Of a stretch of 61,408 bases of DNA, positions 1 to 13,958 are shown piece after piece. The notes under the pieces are model-generated. The model was given only the letters and a program-made list of their open reading frames with translations. It did no database searches and had not been told where the DNA came from. Position 1 is the first letter of the stretch. Every line of letters starts with the position of its first letter. Origin of the DNA: Girardia tigrina (taxonomy: Eukaryota); NCBI GenBank assembly GCA_001938485.1, contig MQRK01180317.1, forward strand, positions 89,499-150,906, written 5' to 3'. The translations under genes were made by a program, and so were the position numbers.

Positions 1-1135
1 TACGTGGCATAGACTCAATAAGCGAATTACAATACTCATTAGTTATTTTTTTCCAGCATGTTTTAATACCTTCAATTAAATCTGATTTTTTTATTTCCTC
101 TGATTTAATCAAGGTTTTAGGCTTGAACCAAAGGTTTTCAATTGGGTTTAGATCCGGACTTTGGCTTGGTCAGTCTAAAACTACAATATTTTTTTCTGGT
201 GAGATACTCTTTCACCTTTTTGTGTGCTTTGGATCATTATCATGCTGGAATATGCAATTATCTTTAAATAAACGAGCTGATGATGGAATCATGTGCTGAG
301 AAAGCATTCTGATATACATATTGGCATTCATTATACCTTCTATTATATGTATATCACCAACACCAGCTGAACTGAAACATCCCCAAGCCATAACAGAGTC
401 ATCATGATTGACTGTTTGCTTCACATGTTTTGGTTTAAGAAGTTCTCCAGGTCTTCTCCAAGTACAGACCTTTCCATCCCTGCCTCTTCTATTTAATTTT
501 GTTTCGTCTGAGAACAAAACACGTTTCCAATCTTCAACTGTCCAACTTTGGTGCTTTAAACCAAATTGTTACCTTGCTTTAATATGCTTTTTGGTCAAGA
601 GCGGCTTTTTCAGTGGTGCTCTGCCATGAAAACCTGCTTCGTGCAGTCTTCTTTGAACAGTTTTTGCACTCACATGTGCAATATTTGTTTTTTTTGGCTT
701 TACAGCAACGTCTGCAGCATTTGACTGATTTGATTTTTCAATTAAATCAAGTATTTTCTTGTCTATCTTTGCTGTAGTCACCCTGGGTTTTCCTGTTCTA
801 GGCTTGTTCTGATAAGTTCCAGCCGTTTTAAACCGTCTTAATGTATAATTGACAGTGGAAAATGGAACATTCAGCTTCTTTTCAATTTCCCGACTTGAAT
901 AACCTTCGTCTTTAAGAGTTTTTATTGAAACTCTAAGAGAAAAGTTAATTTCCTGGGTTTTCGTCATTAAGGCTCTTGGAATAAAATTTTATATAATATA
1001 AGATTAAAAAACCAACTTGACTCTCAAATAATAATTTTATTGATTGATTCTACGATTTTTTCTATAAAATTATAACTTTAATTTTTAAAAAAGTCAATAA
1101 TTAATTCTGAGCAAATACTTTTGTCCATCGACTTT
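1..1135 (-). mobile_element. Tc1 (DD34E) DNA transposon, transposase pseudogene, running off the window edge
   Basis: ORFs 569-967 and 212-517 are in one frame split by a stop. Motifs: HTH, GKPR, FSDE, VMAWGCFS, FQHDNDPKH, then D*PSQSPDLNPIENLW at ~135-180. Confidence 0.93.
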
Positions 1136-1349
1136 TCGAATTTTTCTTGTTTAATAAATAAAAATTAACCAAAATTAAAATTAAGNNNNNNNNNNNNNNN
1201 NNNNNNNNNNNNNNNNNNNNNNNNNNNNNNNNNNNNNNNNNNNNNNNNNNNNNNNNNNNNNNNNNNNNNNNNNNNNNNNNNNNNNNNNNNNNNNNNNNNN
1301 NNNNNNNNNNNNNNNNNNNNNNNNNNNNNNNNNNNNNNNNNNNNNNNNT

Positions 1350-1672
1350 ATATATACATGGAATTTAGAAACCTATTTCTGAAGGTCTTTTATTCAATCA
1401 ATTTTCTCCAAACTTGGTACTCTTACTCATTTTCAATGACAATAAATGTAAAAATGATCATAAAACTTTCCAAGGTAGCAGAATGGAAAAAACGGCCAAA
1501 TCGGAGTTCCTGAACAATAATAAAAGAAAAGGTCTACTTATAAATTATAAGTAGTTTATATTTAGCAAAAAAAGTAAAGATAAAAAAGTAAATGCAATAC
1601 TAATTTTCCATTCTACAAAAGATAACAAAAGAAATCCCTTGGCCAAGCAGAGTTCTGCCAGGGAATATTATT
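1350..1672 (+). repeat. Dispersed non-coding repeat, possibly Helentron/DINE-like; related pieces at ~10825-11110 (mostly minus) and 21770-21850
   Basis: Shared CATGGAATTT...AATCAATTTTCTCCAAACTT block that follows a TA/TATG microsatellite. 3' hairpin CCCTTGGC..GCAGAGTTCTGC..GCCAGGG at 1637-1663. Confidence 0.5.
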
Positions 1673-3050
1673 ACGGTTATTGACTATTGTAGCATTTTGC
1701 AATTTGATAAAATTTTTTTATTTATTTAGAGTTCTTATAATGAAATGGCTAAAATTTTATATATTATTAAATATATTTGGAAATTAAAAAATAACGAATA
1801 TTTTAGAAAGATTTAAAAAATTGTTTGAATAATGATTTTTATAAAGATAAAAAAATTAGAAGGATGTAAAATTGGGAACGATCTTCGAGAGTTGTGATGA
1901 CTCTAAATGTGATAATTATAAAAGTTATAATAATAATTGTCTCAATGCTATCAACATTCGTAGTAAGGAAACTTCTCATTTCAGATGTATGTTAAATCTT
2001 TTAAATCCTTTAGAATATGAAATCTTTTATCCTGAAAATTCGTATGTCTTAAATTTAATATTTTTTCACAAGATTTATAAAATAATAAATAATATTTCTG
2101 GTATTATTTTAACATTTATTCAGTACTTTTTCTTTTCTTTAATATTTTTTCTTAATTTTGATAATATTTCATTAAATATTTATAATAAAGATTGATAATT
2201 ATTTTGATCCGGTTTGACAAAAAAATGATTATTTTCATTGATTTATTAAAATTAATTTGACCTGATTTCATTTTTAAATTTGATCTATTCATATTTCGAG
2301 AATTTAATGTAATTTTAATTACAAAATATTTAAATTTTTTTAATAAATTTTATTAAAATACTTTTAGACCCATTTGGTTTGATGAAGCGTTTTTCAAAGT
2401 AAAATATTTTAAATTTAATATTTTTTTTATTTTGGATTATTTAATTCGTAACTTTTCTAGAGTGTCTTTTTTTTCTTTGATGTTTCGAATGAAACTTTCT
2501 AGTTTCTACTGTTACAATAGAAAATATAAAATTATTTATTCTTTTAAAGAATAAAATAAAAGTGAAGCATGTTAAATGAGTTTCCTCTTGAGATTAAAGT
2601 TTTACAGTTTTTTTTATTTTTTAGATTTTTTTTATTTTTGATTGATTATTTAATGGCCAACATTTTTCTTTCCTCTTTTTTAAAAAAAAAACACTTCTGT
2701 TTAAAAGCTGACGATTGAAAGTTTTATAAATGTCCAAAACGATAAACGCTTTCTACGACAATATTAACTTATTTAAAAAAAGTTACTTCTTTAAAGTATG
2801 TAAAAATATAAGAACTGTACTTTCAAAAAGTTGTTGGTTACAACTTAACAGAAACTAAAGCTCATTTTTTCAGACTTCTTCTAAGGTAACAGTTGTAAAG
2901 GCAAAATCTGTATATTTTAAAATTGAATTAATAATATATCTAAAATAAGAATTGAATATAAAGAAAAAAGTAAATAATTCTGATTGGTGCATGTGTCGAT
3001 TACAAAACATTTCGTCATCCTGTAGTTAGTCATTATTCTACCATAGTCAT

Positions 3051-3568
3051 TGTGAGGAATATTTTAAATTTGGTATGTTGAATTTTGTATGTTGAGTTTA
3101 GTATTTGGAAATGTGTTTCTCCCACCCAGATGGAAAATTGATATTTTAGATGTTCACGATGAATAATTATTCGAGTATAATTTGCATTTTAAAGTACAGC
3201 ATAAGATGTTTAAAAAACTTTAAAAATATTAAATCGTTTCAAATTTTCATATTAAAAATTTAAATAAAGTAAATAGCTTTTAACTAAACTTTAAATAAAT
3301 AAATGTTCTTTCTTTACATAAAATCATTTTTAAAATAAAATTAATATGTAGATAAAATTATTACTAAAATTACAAAATAAGAACTTTAAAAATAAAATCT
3401 GAAAATAATGAAAAATTTGATCGAATAATTGTTTATTAAAAACATTAACTAAAATTTATTAATTTAGAACGATGTCGAATTACGAAAGCTTTGCTGAGAG
3501 TTGTCCAAAAGACAATTCTAATTGTATTGAAAATAAAAGTTCGGAAACCCATGTTGATGTTCTTAATA
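3051..3568 (+). mobile_element. Solo-LTR-like element (TGTGAGG...TTAATA family), copy 1
   Basis: 5-bp TSD GTCAT (3046-3050 and 3569-3573); homologous to five other copies in the window. Confidence 0.85.
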
Positions 3569-3599
3569 GTCATGAAATAGCTTCGAGACAGTATTATCA

Positions 3600-6245
3600 G
3601 ATTTTCGAGAATGCATTACACGAAAGGAAAAACCTTCGCCGTGAAGCACTTCTTAGAAGAGGGATTTCTTACAAGACTACAGATGAATTTAGATGTATCT
3701 CACAAGCCAGCAAGTCGTGGACATAATAAGAAACTGACAAACACCCGACGATCCAGCATCTGTCGATGACCAGTAAACCAAAGGGGTGTGTCACTCCCAC
3801 AAAAAGCTAGGAGGCACATTTTGAGTCACCAAACCATCAGAAATGATCGTTGATGTTATAAACGAAGTAAAGCTCAACAGTCCACCTTTGAACAAGAAAA
3901 GATTGCACAGCATCGTGCAGGAAAATTACTTGAGGTTTTGAGAGGAAAAATGATTTTCGTGGAATGCGAGTGTTATTTCAATCTCAAATCTGATCATCTA
4001 CCCGGAAACGATCACTTTTACGACTCGGACATTCTAACCACTCCCCCTCTGGTGAAATATTGAGCTAACAAGAAGTTCCACATTCAGTTGATGGTCTGGA
4101 TCCGTGTTTCAGAGGACGGAAAGGTTAGTGAACCCGTGTTTCTTGAACGCCCCAATAGTATTAAAGCCAAATTTTATCAGGACTGTTGAATACAGAAGAT
4201 GTCCTCAATCTACATAAATAATAATCCATGAAAAGAAATAAAAATCCAAATTTATTCTGTATACAACTTTAATTCTAACAATTAATCATAATCCAATAAT
4301 AATCAATTTCATACATATTATAGTTAATAATATAAATAACAATAACTAGTAGTGCACTACAGAAGTCCCTCTATTGCAAGTGGAGCGTTAATGTAATGAA
4401 AATAAGAAGGGTGAAATTTTGATTTTACTAAATTTGTAAGTTCTTTGTCTAATGTTAAATTAATTTCTTCAAATGACGTTTTGGAAGAAAAATTATTCTT
4501 TTCTTGTTGACTAAGGTTTGTGTGCCTTCGATCTCAATGATGAATGATTTTTTTTTGTTGACTAATGATTTGTATGGTCCATCGAAACTGTCGTTTACAT
4601 TGTCCTTGATAAGTATTAAAAAGGTCAGCAAATATTTGAGTTTAATTTTATTTCTGGAAAATTGTGGTCCGTGATTTTGGTTTTAACCTCCTCCTTGAAA
4701 GTTTTGATTACATTTGCATGATTTGATACGAACGTTTCATCGTTTTCAATCAGGAATTTGTCATTTGTTTGTGTTTCTATGTTAATGTAAAAAACTGTAT
4801 TTGGTGTAGTTTAGGTAATTTATTTAGTAATGAGATATCTGTTTGAGTCTATTCATCGATCATCATTGTCCTGTTGGTTGAGATTTCTCGGTTTGTTGTC
4901 CTCACTTGATTTTGTTTTGTGAATTCGGTTTGTATTGTCTTATTCAAGTTTTTTGTTTGTGACAGTTTCCTACTTGTTTGAGTTTCGTTATCCATTATTT
5001 CATATGAGGTTTTGTGATCAGTTATTGATAGTATGTGATTACTTTTTATTTGTGGTGGTTTAAATGGTATTTTACAATCACTATTTTCATCATTGGTGAC
5101 TACTTTATTTTGTAAAGGTTTTTCTTTTAAGTAAATTTTCTTTGATTTTATAGTTTCGTTGATAATGATGTAGTTAATTGATAATTGTAGTTTCTTAGTA
5201 ATGATGATTCAGTGTGAATGTCCTTGTTGAAATATTTTTGTTGTATATGTTTTTCTGTTGCTTGAATTTGATTATACGTAAATATGGAAGTATTGCTGTG
5301 ATTGTTTTCTGAATATGTAATGTTTTCTTGAATTTCTGTTGGTTTTTTCATTTCCAAAAAATCTGATTGACTTATTCTGTAGTTCGATTTTGAAAGTAAA
5401 ATTTTTCATTTTTTTGTCTGAGTTATTAAATAAGTGACGTGATTTTTGTTAAAATCATTTTTTATTTTTGAGTTATAAAAGGTACGCAATTTTGATTTTT
5501 GAAGAACACGGGTATTGACATTTAAAAGCATTTTCGTTAAAATTCAGGTGATACCAACATATGTTTCTTTTTGCTCCAGATGTTGTTTTGTAAATGTCAT
5601 TTGAACGTATTTGATTTGTTTCCTTTTGTTGTTTCTTGAGTTCTAAAATTTTTGCCTTGAGGATTTCGTTTTCATTATTGATGCTTTCAATTTTTTTAAT
5701 AAATAATTGATTAGATTAATATTTGTGTTATTGCTTGCTGTTTCATTATGTATTACTCTGTCATCGTAAACGTTCTGAGATTGATTTGTGTTAGTTTGTG
5801 ATATCTGAGAATTCTTGTAATTTATGGTTAGGTTATTTACTTGGTTTAAAATTCTATTTATTTGTGTTAGGATTGGATTTGTGATTTTAAAATTCAATTG
5901 TTTGTATGTGTGAGGACTTTGTATGCAGGCATTGTAGTGTTTGTTGTTGTGTGAGTTCGTCTCTTTTTCTGACACCAGTGTTTGAAGACAGAAGATGTCA
6001 TCAATCTATATAAATAATAATCCACAAAAAGAAATAAAAATCCAAATTTTTTCTGTACACAACTTTAATTCCAACAATTAATTATAATCCAATAATAATC
6101 AATTTTCTTATATATTATAGTTAATAATATAAATAACAATAAGTAGTAGGGCACTACAAGGACCATTACATTAACAATGCACTGGTTGGCTTTATTGAGG
6201 AGCAGCGCCGTGAAAGCAAACATTATGTTCTAGTCAGACTACTTA
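3600..6245 (+). pseudogene. Degenerate IS630-Tc1-mariner transposase split by the LTR element at 4184-6158
   Basis: Translated pieces MIFVECECYF..GNDHFY..KKFHIQLMVWIRVSEDGKVSEPVF..KFYQD | HYINNALVGFIEE rejoin across TSD AGGAC. Confidence 0.7.
4184..6158 (-). mobile_element. Non-autonomous Gypsy-type LTR retrotransposon (~1.97 kb)
   Basis: Direct LTRs 4184-4361 and 5979-6158 (TG...CA) and 5-bp TSD AGGAC. PBS TGGTGTCAGAA (5967-5977 minus; fits the tRNA-Leu 3' end). Purine-rich tract before the 3' LTR. Integrase-tail remnant ILIKDNVNDSFDGPYK near 4570-4615. No RT seen. Confidence 0.9.
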
Positions 6246-7152
6246 TCAATATAATTCATATAACATTTTTTCGCATTCCCCGAAGGGTTTGGTAAAAAAC
6301 TTTGATATTTCCTTTTTCATTAAATTATTATGCATTATTTATTTTTTCATTTCGATTGTATTTATTTAGAGAAAGAAATAAGGGATACGTAGACGAAAGG
6401 AAGTTTGGCGAATAAGGTTGTTGGGTCATAAATTCTTATTCAAATTCCATAGTTTTTTGGGTGGTTTTTTTACAATAGAATTTAGTGTTATCCTGGAAAA
6501 ACAAAACTTTCTTTTTTATCAATTGGACATGAAACTTGTATCAGCTGTTGTGGCTTCTATAACCTTTACGTGTTTTAATTGTTTATAACTCTGACAGAAG
6601 TTCTTTAGATCCATAATAAATGTTTTATTATTAAATGTGGTTTGAACAATTGTGGTGTTGGATCCTTTGACGGAAACCAGTTGTGGAACTTCTTCACATT
6701 CAAGTAAATTATTCCTTTTCCACCCCAAGGTGAAACTCAATAAAAAATTCACCATATGGCGAAGTAGAACATAAACGGAGTAAAGATAGTCAATCAATTT
6801 TTTTGCTCAATTTAGGTGGCACCCATCTGCTTAGTTTCCATTTGTAGTGAATTAAAATATAATGTTATGGTTATATCACTTGTATCAAGTGTCGTGGAGA
6901 AATTTTCATACTCCTCAGTTTAAAAGTTATGAAGTTGCTGGGTCTGTAAGAGTTTCAACGTTATCATCCTTTAAGTTTTGAAAATTAAAAATAAATAATT
7001 AACAGTTTCATAATCAAATAAAAATTATTTGTATTTATCTAAATTAAACAACTGCATTAGACGAAACAACTTATTGAATATAAAATTAATAATTTATATT
7101 TAAATATTATTTATAAAATAATTCGTATGCTAAATAGAAATGCTCTTGCGTA

Positions 7153-7842
7153 GGGTCACTGGGTCACAATGCATAGATACCTTTCTTCAGCGACTCCTGG
7201 ATTTACGTATCTTCCTAAATTGTAACATTGTCTTCTTACAGCAATTATCGTCGCCAGAATGTGGCGGTGTTCTTTTTTTGGTTCACTCTTCTTTTTTATT
7301 AATGATCTACAACGTATAACAAATTTCCCTTTCAATTTTCTCCGTTTTTTATTGTCGCCAAAAATATTTTTGTCCTTTTTTCTACAAAACACTTCAAAAA
7401 CATAATGAAATTCTTAAGAGTGACGAGTTCAACTTCCGAGATTTTTTATGTCGGGACGTTTGGACTTTTATGTTCTTTGAAACATTTGTACTAAAACCGT
7501 CATCTTATTCAGCAAATTAACAGTTATGTGATAAGTGTCCGGATTGAAGCAGATGTACGTAGACTGGTGACTTGAGGAACAATACAATCGCTGTTTTTCC
7601 TAAAGTAATCAATTTTTTTCTAATTAATGCAAATAATGTATTTGAATTTGAGTAATTTAATTTTAGTTTTTAATTAATAACAAATTTATTAGAAAAGAAT
7701 TGTCATTATCCGTTTAATCTGATACGAGGTCTATAATTCTTAAACGACTTAAATGTCCTTCTATATTGGTCACTTTTTAAAAGCTAAAGCATTGTAATAC
7801 CTTTGACTTACAGTTCAGTACTTGTGACCCCAACGTGACTTG
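7153..7842 (-). mobile_element. Possible MULE remnant with FLYWCH-like zinc finger
   Basis: Imperfect inverted ends GGGTCACTGGGTCACAA / TTGTGACCCCAACGTGAC. Minus-strand FHYVFE..FWR..RRKLKGKF..EHRH with frameshifts. No TSD found. Confidence 0.4.
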
Positions 7843-7952
7843 AGATCGCATTAAAAAGAATGTATTCAAATGACCTTTTATATATTATGAAACTTTGGAA
7901 AGGGTCCTTTCACATTGAAATTTTAACAAAAAATAAATAATAATCACATATA

Positions 7953-9180
7953 CAGGGTTTGTAAAAAGGAACTATCGTATTTTAAAATTAATTATTCTTT
8001 AAAAATATCCACAGTAAACCTATAAAATTTTGATAAAGTAATATTTATTTACATATATTTAAGATTTTTCCACAGAATGTCCATTAACACTGATGCATCA
8101 ATGTAATCGATGATATAAAGAATTCATGACATTTTCACACATTTCTTGTGCCATTTCAGATGCTTCAGCTTCAATCAAATCTTTCAGGTCGTGGAGATTC
8201 TTTGATTTTATTCCATTTACCTTTGTCTTCAGATGTTCCAAAGAAAAAAGTTCAGCAGTGACAAATCAGGTAACCTTGCATCCCAAATAAATCATCCAGC
8301 TCTTAGAATCCATCATTCTGGAATTGTTGTTACTTTTTAGTTTTCTAACTTGGCGCACACAATGAGCGTCCGCTCCATCTTGTGGGAAAATTATTTTGGA
8401 TATCATTCTGCGATCAATTTGCGGCATGAAGCAAGATTTAAGCAAATATGAATAATTTTTACCCTTGATGTTTCCGTGAAAAAAAATGAACCATTAACAT
8501 GTTAAATAAAACACCCATCCTAATATTCACTTTTGGTTTAGATTGAAATTGAGGAATAACTTTGCAAGGAGCTTCAGTGCTCCAAATTCAACAGTTGTGT
8601 CGATTAACAAAACCTTTTGCGTAAAACCTTGCTTCATCAGAGCAAATGAGGTTTCCAAGAAAGGATGGATCGTTGTCAATCTGATTAATTAACGTCTTGC
8701 ACATCTTATATTGGTAAAGTTTAGGATTCAAATTCTTCATCTGCTTTTCTTGCCAATGTATTAGGATTGTTTTCATAAATTTTACATATTTTTTCAATTT
8801 TTTCCTCATCAAGTAATGACTTCCGTGACTTCTGAAAATCATAAACACTACCAATTTCTTTAAACTTTAAAAAATGCTTCTCATAGTCTCTTCAGGTGGT
8901 ATATTTTCTCATTTGAACTTTTGTAAATACTTTCGAACCAAAGTTTCTGATTTTAACTTCGCCATCAGCGACACAATTTCTACAAATTCATTAATGAATA
9001 GCATAAGCACAATTTAAATTAACGCTATAAAAATATAGCAGACATTAATTTAGTAAAACAAATGCATATATAAATGTAAAGGAAATAAATTTTCGTATAA
9101 AATAAAACCGATTAAATTATATTTATTTATATTTGTTTAACAGGACTTTAAACTATGGTAGTTACTTTTGACACGCTCTG
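7953..9180 (-). mobile_element. rosa/Visitor-type (DD40-41D-like) Tc1/mariner element, decayed
   Basis: TIRs CAGGGTTTGTAAAAAGGAACTA / TAGTTACTTTTGACACGCTCTG with TA flanks. Motifs ICSDEARF..VNRHNC, QDGA, PDLSLLNFF. Confidence 0.88.
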
Positions 9181-11267
9181 TATTTGATACATATATGAAA
9201 CTAATGATTTTTAAAGAACACTGTTACAAAGAAATATGATTCTTTTTAGTTACTTAAACGGCATCCCCAGTGGTATTGCCATTCAAATGAACCTATTTGT
9301 CAATGTTTTATATTAAAAATATTTTGTCTCTATCTTATGGCATAATTTTATCTTTTTATTGTCAATCAAATGAAATTAGGCATCAAAGTGTATTATTATA
9401 ACTTTTATGAATGCCGAACTTTGGATATTTCTTTTATAAAATATATTGATATTTTATTTTCCGTCTATGACCTATTAATGATAAATAGGGTAAAAAATTT
9501 TAAAATTTTAATGCGAATTAAAATGTTTTAATAAGAACTAAATTCATCCATTAAAATATATTTAGAGACAACATATTTAAATAGATCAATCTTCATCTTT
9601 AAGTCACCGATTAATAATTTAATTCACCTGTTTATCCTATTAATTATCAAAATGCTTACATAGAATCTTGAAATTATCAATATTAATTTCACATTTACAT
9701 ATTATATTACATTGATATTAAGTTATTGAGAGAACAAGTAGCGTGAAACATTGTTAGTTAGGTCTCGTTGCCATAAAATCAATCGGTGGTCTCAATCAAC
9801 TTCTTGATAATTTTAGAGCAGCCTTTTACCGCAGTCGAGTACATAGTCATTATTTTTGCACTTTTTTATAGGTGTTGATCCGTCGATATAAATTATCTCA
9901 AAATATATTTTTTAATGGATGAATTTTGTTCTTATATTTTCAAATGCTTTTGTCTTTTTGATACTTTTGTTTACCTTCAGAAAATAGATTTTAATTTTAT
10001 ATTTTCAGATTATTTTTACTTTTGATAAATTTTCTTTTTTCCATTAATTGAAAAATCGGGTCTCTCCGAATAGGCATAAAACAATGCCTCCCTTAATAAA
10101 TCATTTGATTCATAATACTAAAACGGTTTTAAATCTTTTTTAAACTCAAACAAAAATTATTTTAACATTATAATTTCTATTATAAGAATGAACGAAAATA
10201 GAAAGTATACTACTCTTATATTCTCATTTATATCAAAATCTTTTTCATTTTTAAAAATATTTTTCATAGGGTCACTTGTAACCCTTAAGCGACCACCGAT
10301 AAGCAACCTCTCAAGTACGTAAAAAGAATATAATTGTACAATAATAATTATTAAAATAATTAAAATTAAAAATAAAAAATTGATCAAGCAATCGATATAA
10401 ACATTACGATAATATAACTTGAAACCAATTATTTTTTAAATTTCCGAAGAAAATGTTATATTGGAAATTTCTTTGATATTTTAGAAGACCGAAAAATCCT
10501 TTCTATTAAACAAGAAACGAAATTTGTTAAACTAACTTAAATCATTCGGATTAAATATTATTTTATCTGAAAATTTCCATTTTTTGTCATTTAAAGTCAA
10601 ACCACGGATTTTATTTATCTAATAAAATTCCGAAATACCTCATATATGTATATCAAAGTATGTCGTAAAAAAATCTATTTATTTTGTTAATAAAATATAC
10701 TAGTAAATCAAAAGAAAAATTTTTATATCCATTCTTTATGCAGATAGAACTGTACTTCGCCTACAAAATTTTAATTAAAAAATATTTTCAAAAAAACACG
10801 ATTGAAAATTTAAAAATTCAGTTCGTCAAGCAGAGTTCCGCCCACATAAAGTATGGATATGAAAAAAATATTTTTTTTTGATTAAGTAGTTAGACTTTAA
10901 GTCGGTTTTCGGGACTTTATTTATTTTTCAATTTATTTTTTGCATAATATAAACTACTTATAATTTTTAAATAGATCATTTTCTACTAATATTGTCCAGG
11001 AACTCAGATTTGGCCGTTTTTTCCAATTCTGGGTATTAAAAAGTTTTTTTGAACAGATTTTTACATTATCATTTATTGTCATCGAAAATTTGGAGAAAAT
11101 TGTGACAAAATTTCAATTTAAAATATGTAAAGATATCCTGAGATAACATTGAATGCTCAAAGCTGGTTGCATGACAATTGCGTAAAGACAATTGCGTACA
11201 TAAAAATTTATAACTTAAAAAATGAATTATTTTATATCATTAAATAAACGTAATCCTAATTAATAAT

Positions 11268-11352
11268 CCTAACCCAAACCTTAACCATAGCTCTAACCTT
11301 AACCCTAATCATAACCCTAACCTTAACTTTAACTTTAACCCTAACCCTAAAC
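11268..11352 (+). repeat. Degenerate (CCCTAA)n telomere-like tract
   Basis: About 13 hexamers, e.g. CCTTAA CCCTAA TCATAA CCCTAA ... CCCTAA CCCTAA. Confidence 0.75.
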
Positions 11353-13042
11353 CATTACAGAGTGAAGTCAATGAATACAATATTGAGGGGGGTAAACACA
11401 AGTATCTGGGGAAATTTCCAAATAATTTAATAAATATGTTTTTCAAAAATTTTAATGAAATTAATTTTATCAATAATTTTCAATAAATGATTAATGATTC
11501 TTTTTATTTATTTAATTTTATATTTTATATTTTAAATTTTAAATTTGTTCAGTAATAATAAACTGATTATATTCAATTATTATTTTGTATTGGAGTAAGC
11601 TTACAAATTAATCTGTATTTGTCAGCTCACTCAAAGGAATGAAAATAAAAAAAATAAGAGAATTTTAGTAAAATTTTTCAAAGTTTAAAACAAAATATTT
11701 TTTAAGAAAATTTAGAACGACATCAGTAAATTTGTTTAAAGCAAGTTTTTATTTAATTATTTATTTCAAATGATCTGCAATGTGTAAGATAAATTCTCAT
11801 TATTCGAGATAAATTTATAAATACTTCAAAAGAGGATCAAAAGTAGAAAATGATTTAGAAAAAAAGGAATTTTCAAACAATAAACATGCACGTACAATTT
11901 TTACTGTTAGAAAAATACAAAACAAAGTAAACTAAATTAAAATAACATATTGCAAAAATAAATTTATAACTGTAAAAAATTCATTAAAGCTATCTCTAAA
12001 TGTATACGAAAATCGACTTATTGTATATTTGCATATCATTTTAATGCATATACATTTACGTCCTGTCTTAATTTTGAATGAATGCATTTTTATATTGTTC
12101 TTGATCTGATCTATTCCTTTGACATTTTCTAATCAGAATTCTTTCTTATTCTTCAATCGTTTCTGCAACGAAACGACAGTATTTTTACGGTACAGAGTCT
12201 CTCCGCTTAAAAGTAAATCATAAGTTATATTATTCTATATTTTACAATTATATTATGGTCCAACATCCATCAAAAAACGAAAATTTTTTGTATATTCGAA
12301 TAGACAGCACCTTTTAGTAGAGTTACCTTCCTTTGGTAATATTAAGAACACTACAGTCCGATGAAATACATTTATTCTTAAAAAAACAGTTGTTAACTTT
12401 AGGGTACACATTTCAAAAACTGCGCAATAATCAATATTAAAACAAACTGTTTCATATCACGTTACTGTTATTTAATTTTGTAATTAAGTTTCTTAGATAG
12501 TTTGCTATTATGGATTGAGGGGGACAGTGTGCATAAACATGCATAAACAAAACATTACACAAAATTTATCATACATAAACACAAAATAATTTCATACAAC
12601 CGAAAATCAACAATTATCCATTACTGGTAAAATACTAACAGACAATTGAATTATATAAAAGTAAAACTAAAATTCTTTTACCAATAAATATGCACTGAAT
12701 TTTTGATAAGCATTAAGCCTCCATGCAATAATTAATTAATTAATAAGACAATTTGAGAGGCTTTGGATATTAAATTGCGAGGAATGATTCAGATATTCCG
12801 GATATTATTTCAAGCAACCAAAACCAAATTTACAATAGAGAGTTGTGATTTAGCGACGGTCCTCAGACATAGAGCAATTTTTACACAAATTATTTAAAAT
12901 AATTTTTTATCTATTCAAAAATTTTAAAAATGTGTTTTTAAATCTTCTTCAAGTTATTAAAAAAATAATATTATTAATAAAAAAAATTTTATAAAAACAA
13001 CCACGTTTTTCAAGCATTACCAATGCACTAAAAAGAGGAAAA

Positions 13043-13222
13043 TAATTTTTTTCTAGACATGTGAGAAATTTTATACCTAACCAAAAACGTGGGGCGGATT
13101 TCTGAATTACTGCTATTAGTATTTGCTATTTCCTCTTTACTGCTTTTTAGTAACAATCGATCATTTCTATGCCCCACGTTTTTGGTTAGGTATAAAATTT
13201 CGCACATGTCTAGAAAAAAATT
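13043..13222. repeat. Inverted repeat, ~50-bp arms (MITE or fold-back)
   Basis: TTTTTTCTAGACATGTGAGAAATTTTATACCTAACCAAAAACGTGGGGC ... GCCCCACGTTTTTGGTTAGGTATAAAATTTCGCACATGTCTAGAAAAAA. Confidence 0.85.
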
Positions 13223-13419
13223 TTAATTTTAATGATTAAAGAATTAAAATGTAATAATTTAATTAAAACCCTTACTTTTTCGTTTGTCTAAAATTTATTT
13301 ATTGTTTTTTAAGAATTGTTTTTTCAAGAACTTAAATTTTGATAAGGCTTCATCGAAGGTGCGTTAGGTAAGACAACTTTTTGTTAACTTTGTATTGAAA
13401 TACATAGAATGTTTATATA

Positions 13420-13882
13420 AATAGTAAAAGATGGGAATAATTTAGCAATGCTTCACATGATACTCTCTCCCAATAACTATCAAAATACGTAGACAGAATC
13501 TTAAAATTATCAATATTAATATCACCTTTACATTTTTTTATGTTCTACAATGTTGTTCTTATCCTCTTCTCGACCATGTTCTTGAATTCGTTTACAGAGG
13601 TAACGGGCAGTCTCTCCAATGTATGTGGCATCGCACCCATTACATTTATATTCATAAACAATATCAGAACAAAGTGTTAAAGGTGTAATATATTTATTAC
13701 TGAACATATTTTTACTTTTATAAGATACAATTTTTCAATTCAAAGATACTTTTTTCAATTTAAGATACGATTCCTGATACAATTTTCAAATTTAATTCAT
13801 TGTTAGTTGTTTTTAACACTGCAATTTTAAAGTTTTTAAATCCTTCAGAATAATGTGCAATTAAGCAATACTTAGGCATAAT
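13420..13882 (-). mobile_element. Penelope-like element fragment (GIY-YIG endonuclease)
   Basis: IVYEYKCNGCDATYIGETARYLCKRIQEH; same family as 25130-25900. Confidence 0.88.
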
Positions 13883-13914
13883 TAAAAAGTGAACGCCATT
13901 TTTCACAATTTATT

Positions 13915-13958
13915 TTCGTAATTAATTTCGGCGGATTACCCGTCATCTTCAGACTAAA
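13915..13958 (-). ncRNA. Minimal type I hammerhead ribozyme
   Basis: CUGAAGA-UGACGG-GUAAU-CCGCC-GAAA followed by palindromic AUUAAU; one mismatch in stem II. Confidence 0.8.
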
